Assembly: GCF_032444005.1 (NCBI RefSeq)
Contig: NC_091282.1
Location: 326,554,001 to 326,618,000, forward strand
Reading direction: 5' to 3'
DNA from: Ranitomeya imitator
Lineage: Eukaryota
DNA length: 64,000 bases
Shown: piece by piece, positions 1 through 9,905 of the stretch
Position numbering within the stretch: position 1 is the stretch's first letter
Layout of the letters: every line of letters begins with the position of its first letter
The notes under the pieces: model-generated
Databases searched by the model: none
What the model was told of the DNA's origin: nothing
What the model saw: the letters and a program-made list of their open reading frames with translations, nothing else
Program-made: the position numbers and the translations under genes

Positions 1-6
1 CCCAAG

Positions 7-1287
7 TTAAAAAGAATCTGTCAGCAGGCTTTTTTTTCTCATCTGGGAGCAGCCTGGTGTAGGCAAAAAGAATCTGAATCCACTGATGTATCTGTGACGC
101 CCAGGAGACTGGGATACCCAGCACCGGACCAATGGAGTCTGTCTCTTGAGGGGGATGTCACGGGTGGCTTGACCCGGTGCTGTGGCCTCAGGCAATGCAC
201 AGTGTAAGGGGTATCATGAGGGGACAGGCACTTACTTGATCAGCAGCAGGTTCTCCCAGCGGTGACGATCTCGATCCTGGATAGATGGCTATTGTCCAAA
301 TGAAAGACTGAGGCACTGAAACGTTTAACCAGTTTACTTTAACATAAAAGGATTTACAACCAGTCCTGTCACCGGAGTCTGTATGGGAACTCTGAGTTAC
401 TTTGACCCTGCCGGGGTCTTCGCCTCTTATTGTGCACAATTTCTGTGTGGCCCTGCTGCTGTATGTGAACTGGCTGCCGGCCCAATCTGTCCCCTCCGGG
501 TCCTGGTTCGACGGGCAACCCGAGTCCTTTTATCGGTTTACCCCCTCTGGGAGTACCGCTGAACTCTGTGTCTGTTGCTGCATCCGACCCTAGTGAAGCT
601 GATATCACCTCACGTTTTTCCGGTTGCTGTATTATATATAATGAATACAGCCACGGATCCGGTATCCGTCTTTGCGCCTGTTCTGGGTAGTGATTAATGC
701 TACCCGGTTCTCACAATGTCCTTTTTCTCTATCCCTCTTCTTCTCAGGCCGGTGATTTAGGCCTGGTAACAGTCACAGGGCTGTTAGAGATTCAACTGTA
801 TGACCTCTCACTATCAGCTCCTTGGCCCAACTGCCATTTCTTCTCTCAGACCAGAATGGATCAAGGGGAGTCTCTGGAGCTCCCCCTTCTGGCCGGAGGT
901 GGTAGTGCAGTCTTGCTATTTTAGTATTTGTACTTACTGTCAGTAACTATTTTTGTGGCAAATACCCCTAGGGGTGCCACATTTCGCTTAGATTACTGGG
1001 TGCAGCAGTTCTGACACAATCAGAGCTTTTAGATATAGAATGAAGCAGAGCTGAGAAAGCTAACCCCGCCCACCCCAGGCTTTTCGTGTACAAAGTCCAT
1101 AGACAGTGAGCTGCTTATTTGCTGATCTTTTCTGGAAATGTTAATGACCAAGTGATAAATCCTTCACAGTTAGTAAACAGCAGCATGCACTTGGACAAGT
1201 GACACTTCTCTGAAGTCTGTATTTCATCCTCTATCTCCTGCTGTATTCAGATTACATAGCAAAAACCTGCTGACAGAATCCCTTTAA
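7..1287. mobile_element. T2/Kolobok-type MITE, interrupted by a solo LTR
   Basis: TTAA at 7-10 and 1284-1287; terminal inverted repeats aaagaatctgtcagcagg / cctgctgacagaatccctt; no coding capacity. Confidence 0.75.
93..981. mobile_element. Solo LTR (Gypsy-like)
   Basis: TGTGACGCCC...GGGGTGCCACA imperfect terminal IR with TG..CA ends; flanks TATC (89-92) and TTTC (982-985) look like a 4-bp TSD with one mismatch; splits a MITE. Confidence 0.7.
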
Positions 1288-1325
1288 GAGAGCATAAAAT
1301 AGGAAAAATAAATTTCCCATACTTA

Positions 1326-1787
1326 TTAATAGGAATCTGTCAGTATGTTTTAGCTACCGTATCTAATTTGAGAGCAGCATAATGTAGGCGCTGAGAGCCT
1401 GATTCCAGTGATGCGTATCTTACTGGGCTGCTTGTTGCGGATTCAGTAAAAAAAAAGTGTTTTATCAGCAGCAGATTATCATCAGAGGATTAGTTGTCTC
1501 GTGCCATGTAGTCTTTCTGCTCTGTGTTAACCTCTACCCAACTACTGATTGGCAGTTTTCTGCCAAATTAGAGCGTCCATAGAAAGCTGCCAATCAGGTA
1601 TGTGGGCGGGGTTACACAGGGTTCAGCATTCTGAGCACTGCTAGATTTGCAGCAGAGAAAAAAAGTGTTTGCATCACAATGCCAGCATGTAGACACATCA
1701 CTGGAAGTAGGGTCTGTGCCCTGACATTATGCTTCTCTCGGGTTATCAAAAACACATAGCAAAACCCTGCTGACAGATTCCCTTTAA
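1326..1787. mobile_element. T2-type MITE related to 7-1287
   Basis: aggaatctgtcag ... ctgctgacagattccctttaa inverted ends. Confidence 0.7.
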
Positions 1788-2069
1788 ATCTTCCCCAGCA
1801 GTGTAAAAAAGTGGTGGGGTCAACATCACTAGTTTGAATGCACCAGGGTGCATTCCGATGGGTTTTTTATTGGTTTGGAAGCAAGCACACCTCTTAATTG
1901 AAGAAAAAAAATAACCCAGAAGCAACTAGGATGTCACCTGAGAAACAAATCTGTCCCTTCTCTTGGATGGTAGCACTCACACAGATGTGTGAATATAGCC
2001 TTAGTCATATATTTCTATAGAATCAATACCAGACAAAATGAAATGAGTAAAATGCCACCCCAGCAAGTC

Positions 2070-2317
2070 TTAAAGAGGTTGTCCACTACTTTTTCATTGA
2101 TGACCTATCCTTAGGAGCTGCATTCAAATCAATAGGAGGCGGAGGTGCAGTACCCTGCCGCGGCCGCTAATAGAAGACTGAGCAGGTCCGCAAGGTCGCC
2201 GACACCGATAACAACTGATCGACAGTGGTGCCTGGTGTCGGACTACGACTGATCAGACATTGATGACCTATCCTAAGGAAAGGTCATCAATGAAAAAGTA
2301 GTGGACAGCCTCTTTAA
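2070..2317. mobile_element. T2-type MITE
   Basis: TTAA-agaggttgtccactactttttcattgatgacct ... aggtcatcaatgaaaaagtagtggacagcctct-TTAA long terminal IRs. Confidence 0.85.
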
Positions 2318-2367
2318 GTCAATGTAAACAGCCCATAAATTCAGTTTTCTTCTGCCATCATTTCTAG

Positions 2368-2502
2368 CTTGGTGACTGCCATGAACGTACTAGAGAAAGT
2401 TCTGCCTTCCTGAAACATGTTACACGACAAGCCGTCAACTTGCAGCGGACCATGAATGAGATCTACAAAAATGGATCTATTTCATCCTTACCTCACGTCC
2501 AG
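2368..2502 (+). CDS. Internal coding exon of a CLUH-family (clustered mitochondria protein homolog) gene
   Basis: tttctag|...|gtatgc, 135 bp, phase 0/0; [45 protein letters not shown] matches the recalled CLUH C-terminal exon [37 protein letters not shown]. Confidence 0.85.
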
Positions 2503-2644
2503 GTATGCCTATCAGAATTTGTAATGCAGTGATATGGGTGAGCCCATACATTATACATGGCACTGAGATTCTGGATCATGTACTTGTGGAGTGCACCCCC
2601 ATAGAAATAATTTTTACCCTTTTCATCTGTCACATTCACATGTA

Positions 2645-3795
2645 CAGTTGTGCTCAAAAGTTTACATGCCCCGGCAGAATTTTTGCTTTCTTGGCCTTTT
2701 TTCAGAGAATATGAATGATAACACCAAAACTTTTTCTCCACTCATGGTTAGTGGTTGGGTGAAGCCATTTATTAACTACTGTGTTTTCTATTTTGAAATC
2801 CTAATAACAACCCAAAACATCCAAATGACCCTGATCAAAAGTTCACATACCCTGGGGATTTTGGCCTGATAACATGCACAGAAGTTGACACAAATGGATT
2901 TGAATGGCTACTAAAGGTAACAACATCCTCACCTGTGACCTGTTTGTAATCAATGCAGTGTGTGTGCATAAAAGCTGAGGGAGTTTCTGGGATCCAGACA
3001 GACTCCTGCATCTTTCATCCAGCCACTGACATCTCTAGATTGTGAGTCATGGAGAAAGCAAAAGAATTGTCAACGGATCTACAGGAAAAGGTAGTTGAAC
3101 CGTAATAAACCCGGAAAAGGATACAAAAAGATATACAAGGAATTGATAATGCCAGTCAGCAGCGTTCAAACTATGATTAACAAACGGAAAATCAGGGGCT
3201 CTGTAAAAACAAAACTACAGTCAGGTAGACCAACAAAAATGTAGTCCACAACTGCCAGGAAAACTGTTTGGGATGCAAAGAAAAACCCATAAATAACATC
3301 AGCTGAAATACAGGACTCTCTGAAAACTTGCGCTGTGTCTGTTTCAAGATGAACAATAAGGAGGCACTTAAAGAACAATGGGCTGCATGGTCGAGTCGCC
3401 AAAAGAAAGTCATTACTGCACAAATGCCACAAAGTATCTCGCCTATAATACGCAAAACAGCACAGAGACGAGAAGAGTGGGCGCTTTACCATCTAAGAAA
3501 ATAAAGAACCTCATCCACAACTACCACAAAAGACTTCAAGCTGCCATTGATGTTAGAGGGGGCAATACACAGTAATAAGAAATGGGGTATGTGAATTTTG
3601 ATCAGGCTCATTTGGATGTTTTGGGTTGTCATTAGGATTTAAAAAGAGAAAACACAGTAGTTTGACAATAAATGGCTTCACCCAACCACTAACCATGAGT
3701 GGAGAAAAAGTTTTTGGTGTTATCATTCATATTCTCTGAAAAAAGGCCAAAAAGCAAAAATTCTGCCAGGATATGAAAACATTTGAGCACAATTG
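2645..3795 (+). mobile_element. Internally deleted Tc1/mariner element in a CLUH-like intron
   Basis: TA|CAGTTGTGCTCAAAAG ... TTTGAGCACAATTG|TA; long (about 190 bp) TIRs; broken transposase from 3049 (MEKAKELSTDLQEKVV...GRPTK...GLHGRVAKRK) with catalytic core deleted. Confidence 0.9.
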
Positions 3796-5100
3796 TAAAT
3801 GAAAACTACCCTTATGCTCCATGCACATTATGTCTATAAAAATAAAAGATTATTAGAGCCGGCAGTGAGGAGCTGCTGTAGGAATAAAGCCTCACCTGGA
3901 GAAACTCAGCGGCTGCACCAGGGTCTAAATGCCACAGTGTTCACATAGTCTAAGGGCGGTGTTACACAGCCTTTTTACAAAAAATACTGTTTGTTTGTTT
4001 TTTTGTTTGTTATTTTGTAGCAAAATTTACTGCATTTACAGTAGATATTAGTTATTATTTATTATTATAGCGCCATTTATTCCATGGCGCTTTACATGTG
4101 AGGAGGGGTATACATAATAAAAACAAATACAATAATCTTACACAATACAAGTCCTAACTGGTACAGGAGGAGAGAGGAGGACCCTGCCCGCGAAGGCTCA
4201 CAATCTGCCAAAAGGAAGATACATAATGGAACTACAGTATTATATTGTATATGTTTTGTTCACACTTTGAATGTGTTTTGTTGGGTTTCCTTACGTTTTA
4301 TGAGTTTCCCACATCACAGAAACACATAAAAAATGTGTATAAAAGGAAAAAAGCCTCACACGCTTATAAAAATGCAATAAAATCATGCCATTTCTTAGAA
4401 ATAGGAAAAAAATGCAAAAAATTGATGTGTGAAGGAAACCTAAATGTGCAGCCCGGTTTGCTCTGGGTAGTTGTCACGTTTATATCCCTTATGGCTACTA
4501 TACGGTAAAAGAGTGGTAAAATGAAGACACTAGGGAGAACTAATGAACTAGTGCAGGGCCTAAAAACATGAGACTTCTATTTACCCCCTTCACTTTAATC
4601 CTTGCTTTAAAAGGATGTGAACACTTTTGGTAACGGTTTTTGTTTTACACCTAAAGCAAACCTGTCGTGTTGAAAATTGTATCTGATCTGCTGGCCAGAT
4701 ATTGTAGAGCAGGAGGAGCTGATCAGATTGCTGTTTTTGAGGATAAAGTTTCAGGAAAACATAATTGAAATCCCTGGCGTTTGTATACATGAGTCCGGTG
4801 GGCGGTCCTATTCAGTGATTGCCAGTTTTTCCTGTATAAGTATGCATGCTGTTGTCAATCACTATTAGCAGTGCCCACTGGACTATGTATATAAACACCA
4901 CGGATTTAGGTGAAGAAAATAGAAGTTAAACTGAAACTTTTCCACCAAACCTATAACTCATTCAGCTACTCCTTATGTATACCATGTTGTCTGCAGACTT
5001 GTAGTTTAGGACCGGATAACCCTTTTAAGTGGCATTCTTTTTTTACCTTGATAGTATTGTATTTTGTTGCACTGATTTGAAACATGCTTTACATTCACAG

Positions 5101-5174
5101 ATTGTTCCTCCAGGGATTGACACACTATTACAACAGCTAAACCTCTTAAATGGCATTTTACGGATTAATGTTGG
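5101..5174 (+). CDS. Coding exon of the CLUH-family gene
   Basis: ttcacag|ATT...GG|gtaaga, 74 bp; IVPPGIDTLLQQLNLLNGILRINVG aligns to recalled CLUH [25 protein letters not shown]; phase compatible with both neighbouring exons. Confidence 0.85.
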
Positions 5175-5295
5175 GTAAGACATAACCTATTGTAGTTTTT
5201 TTTTCTGCCGTAGATTTTTTTTTTTTTTTAACTACTGTACATTCAGAATGATTCACTGGAATTTTTCACACAATTTATTTCATTTAACTTTGCAG

Positions 5296-6127
5296 CGTTA
5301 GTGAACAAAATGGTAATGATAACCCATCCGAGAAACAACATTCCATAGACAGCGGTGAAGAACAACCCGAAGAAATTTCTGGAGTTCAAAACTCAAGCAC
5401 TGAGAATGTACAGGATGTGACCAAAGATCAGAGTAAAGCTGAACAGCAAAAAGCAGGAGCTGAAGACCAACCTCAAGATGCCACTGCAGGACAAGATAAA
5501 GTTGAAGGCCAGCCCAAAGATGTAACTCTAGAAAATGATAAAACTGAAGGCCAACCTGAAGCTTACACTGCACAAAATGATAAAGTTGAAGAACAACCAA
5601 AAAATGATACTACAGAAATAGATAAGACTAAAGACCAACCCAAAGGTGACACTGCAGAAAATTATAAACCTGCTGAGCAACCCAAAAGTGACAGTACAGA
5701 AACAGATAAACCTGAAGAGCAACCCAAAGGTGAAACTGCAGAAAACGATAAACCTGAAGAGCAACCCAAGAGTGACAGTACAGAAACAGATAAACCTGAA
5801 GAACAACCCAAGAGTGACACTGCAGAAACTGATAAACCTGAAGACCAACACAAAGGTGACACTGCAGAAAACGATAAACCTGAAGAACAACCCAAGAGTG
5901 ACACTGCAGAAACTGATAAACCTGAAGACCAACACAAAGGTGACACTGCAGAAAACGATAAACCTGAAGAACAACCCAAGAGTGACACTGCAGAAACTGA
6001 TAAACCTGAAGAGCAACCCAAAGAGGCAACTGTAGAAAAATATGGAGCTGAATGCAAAATTAAAGAGGTCACTGAGAAAGAAGAAGTTAAAGATCAAAAC
6101 AAAGATAGTGTGCAGGGTAAAAATTGA
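5296..6127 (+). CDS. Large 3' coding exon of the CLUH-family gene: acidic low-complexity repeat tail
   Basis: tttgcag| acceptor at 5295; phase 2 joins exon 5101-5174 in frame (G-VSEQNGND...); open to TGA at 6125-6127; the exon may instead end at a donor at 6116/6117. Confidence 0.75.
5460..6040 (+). repeat. Coding 42-bp (14-aa) tandem repeat, about 13-14 units
   Basis: Unit gataaacctgaagagcaacccaaaggtgaaactgcagaaaac (DKPEEQPKGETAEN); includes an 84-bp dimer repeated twice. Confidence 0.95.
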
Positions 6128-9123
6128 GATGATGGTCAAACAGAGGAGTTTAAGGAGCCTCAAGAAGCTGAAGAAAGAAAGGGTCATGATAATGAAGCAA
6201 CTAAAAATGCTGATGCCCAAGATGTGGCTAAGGGACAAATTAATGCCACACAGTAGAACAATATAGCTAGAGAACAACATAATAAAGCCGATTAACACAA
6301 TGAAGGAGCAAGGGATGTAAAGAAACATTTAGCTGTTGTTGAGACAGAGGAAGAGGAAGTAAATGACAAAGTGATATCTTTGAGCTTCTGGCCTAGACCA
6401 AGAAACACTATATTAGGAATTCTTTCAGTGATGATCAACATGCGAATTACTTTTAGTTAGCTAGAAAATTAATTACCGCACTTCTTTTCCATGAACACTC
6501 AGGATTTCTGCGGTAATTTATTCACGGCAGAATATTATCACGATATTAGGTCCTGACTATTTTTTCTTGTAATGTGACATACACTTAGCATGGCTAATGT
6601 CAGATTTTATATAGAGATTTTCTATCACAATATTGCGACAGAACCTCTTTGTAAACATATACCGATAGTTCAGGATATCGGTGCATATAACTCAGGGCTC
6701 CTCAAATGTTGTGCATTCAATCCAATGCACTGATATGTCACTTGAAATGTTGTAGTTTTTTACAAAAATTCTCACTCAACACTAAAAACCATCCATGACA
6801 TGGTCCATGAACCTTAATGGGGACAAGAAAGTAATTCTGCACCAAGGAACAGCCCTATATCTAGTGCCTTACTATTCGCTGTGTTCTTGGCAAGGTAGGC
6901 TAGGGTTATGGAAAAGTTGTGTTAATATATTACATTAGTAACAATTATTAATCATGATACAAAGTCTAAGTGTTCTAACTTTTACTAACGTTATATACAC
7001 ATCAGGTGACGGAATGCAGGCAGATATCCTAAGAATATAGGACTAGCCGCTGTATCCCAATGTCTACATATTCTATAGATTTTCTTTTTGCTACTGTTTG
7101 GATACAAAAAATGCCAAAACTGTGCCTATATACACCCACAACTCTTATATCCAGGAATTACCCACCAAGAGAGCTTTCTTTGAAATGATCGTCTGGCCAA
7201 TACAGGTCTACCTTCTGAAACCCCCAGCGATTGTCCCTGAGAAAACAGCAATTTTATCACTAGAGGTCTAGTAAACCGGATACCATGTCGTCCTCCATAT
7301 TCATGAGCTCTGTATAACTCCACCCACAACACTGATTGGCAGCTTTCTGCCTCTGCACAGTGTACACAGAAAGCTGCCAATCAGTGGTGGGGGGCGGGGT
7401 TATACAGAGCTCAGCAGTCAGAGAACTGGAAGATCTGCAGCAGAGAAAACACTGATTTCATCCAGTACTCTGGATCTCTACCCCGACTCTCATGTGGGGT
7501 AGCAAAAACACTGGTGACAGGATCCCTTTAATTATGCTGTATGTGAACACATTTATGACCTCAGATTTTAGGTAGGTTTAGAATGACCATTAAAACATTG
7601 GTTAAAACATTGCAGTGACACCAATCACTTTATTTTTACTTTACTATCAGCCGTAAAATCTACTTTTTGTACCCCTGTGATATTTCTCACTGTAACCTGG
7701 ATGGAATAATTTTCATTTTCAGTAAATCTTATAATTAAGGAAATTTAAGTACGGATTGCTACCCTAAACATTTACTGTTCAAGCAATACATAGATGATGG
7801 TAAGGAAAGATGCCAAACACACAAACGATACGCAATATTACTATTTTATTACAAGTTGTTAACGGTTTGGTAAATTCTGAATGTTTTGTTAGATAAGTCC
7901 CCCTTCTTGCTTAGTCACCCGCACCATAACGCTACACGTTACTACAAGAGTTTTTGGCTAATAACCTTGGCAACAGTCACAACAAAAGTTTACATGTTGT
8001 GGTCTCAGTCCGTTGTCTTTTGACACCATCTTTACAGGAATCAAGAGGCTGAACCGATGGGAGAGATACATTTTACTATGCAACGATTGTGGTCTTTTTT
8101 TTTCTATTGTTTTTACTTTTTTAATAAAACAATTATTTTTTGCTGTCTAAAGACTTTACTATGCCTATACGTCTATAATAAACCTGGCAATCAGACCTTT
8201 TTGTATTTTATTTATTGTACTAGCTGAAGAGCCCGGCGTTGCCTGGGCATAGTAAATATCTGTGGTTAGTTATAGCACGTCACTTCTCTTATTTTCCCAT
8301 CACGCCTCTCATTTTCCCCCTCACACCTCTCATTTTCTCCCTCACTCCTCTCATTCCCCCCTAACACTTGTCATTTCGACCTCACATCTGTCGTTTTCCG
8401 ATCACTCCACTATTTTCCCTCACTCCTCTCATTTTGCACTCACACCTTTTCATTTTCACCTCACACCCCTCATTTTCACCTCAGTATATACATGTTTGCA
8501 TCTCCCCTATATATAGTATACACCTGTATGTCATCTCCTGTATATAGTATATACCTGTATGTCATCTTCTATATATAGTATATACCTGTATGTCATCTTC
8601 TATATATAGTATATACTGTATGTCATCTCCGACCCGAGGCGAGAGTGTCTACTCGAGATTCACCTACGGATACGGACAACGGAGATCTGGGATAATGGAC
8701 GGCAAATGAATTGAAAAACCTGGCCAGGTAAGAGACATTATTAGTTCTCTTTTATCTGCCCTGTATTATCCGAAAGATCTCTACGAGCCGTGTCACGCTG
8801 GGTTAGTCTAGTAGTGAGTAGATACCTATAAAACTCGGGTTACCATATTGTATAGATTTATGAGTCCTGTCCCTGGCAGTGTGTGAACAAGTGTGAAGGT
8901 TGTGGCATGTTATGAAAGAAGGATAAAAGTACGTAGAACAATAAGCCGAAATTGTTAGGACAAGTCTTATTAGTGAAGTCAGCCTAACTGGGTCATGTGG
9001 TTGCGTCCTTTCGGGGAGACCTCCGCCCATGCTTGACTCTCTTTGAGAAACTTGTTCCTTCATTTTTGGATAAGAGTTTGATAGAATGAGCCCAGGACAC
9101 GAGTCCATGAGCCTGGGACAAGT

Positions 9124-9258
9124 ATGATAACAGAGACGGAAAGTTTGGTGATCTGTTTGGTGTTGCTGATCCCGTTTGCGTGCATTGTAGGAATCAAGTT
9201 TATTCTGCACATTAGAAAGAACGGAGCAAATCAGCCCTTCAATATCTTAGCTCCCTAG
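9124..9258 (+). CDS. 44-aa pre-gag ORF with one predicted transmembrane helix
   Basis: MITETESLVICLVLLIPFACIVGIKFILHIRKNGANQPFNILAP*; same frame as Gag; shorter than the ORFs in the supplied track and read by hand. Confidence 0.5.
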   Translation: MITETESLVICLVLLIPFACIVGIKFILHIRKNGANQPFNILAP

Positions 9259-9342
9259 GAGAGAAGGCAACGAGACATCACTCCAGAGAGGTGGTTGTCC
9301 AAACGTCACCTAGGGTAGATACAGCTATTATTGAAAAGAAAA

Positions 9343-9905
9343 ATGGGAAATAAACAGACAAAATCCGTCTTAGGACAAGTAGAAGCAAAAGATATCATAC
9401 AGGAAAGATGTGGAAAGACAGTCAGAAGGCAGATCAGAAGGGTAAGAGAAAAATTGGGAATTTCAGAAGCACTTATGTTTAGCACTGAATGGGAAAGACT
9501 GAGTAAAGAACGAGGTGGAATTATCAAAGACAATGGGTGGGAAGAAATCATACACTGTATGATAAAGGTCTCAAAAACAGCTAAAGAGGAGAATTGGAAG
9601 TATGATCCAGACACTTCCAAATGGAGTATGGGTACGGGATAATGTTGTGCCACGACTCATTCAGTTCCTCCTCCTTACCTAGATCCGAATGTTCAACCAT
9701 TTGTACCTTCTGAAGGAGGACAAACCAAACCAAATTTATATCCTGGGTTAAATGGGGTGGAAGGATGGGTGTGCAAAAATTGTGGCCAGCAGAATCCAGA
9801 CTGGAGAACTGAATGTTCTGCCTGTGGGGCCCCCAGAGGTCATCAATTGTTAGCTCCTGTTAGGATAGTACCGAAACCCTTCAGAGAAACTGGTGTAGAT
9901 GGAGT
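9343..9905 (+). pseudogene. gag: ERV gag 5' part (MA, late domains, RanBP2-type zinc finger); disrupted
   Basis: MGNKQT myristoylation motif at 9343; in-frame TAA at 9640-9642; PPPY at 9667-9678; LYPGL at 9736-9750; C4 finger at 9766-9825; apparent 1-nt frameshift near 9905 into the long ORF. Confidence 0.85.

Noticed and set aside
5528-6328. Hydrophobic 266-aa minus-strand ORF and other alternative frames over the 42-bp repeat
   Set aside because: Antisense and alternative-frame shadows of the CLUH-like coding repeat; no splice or start support
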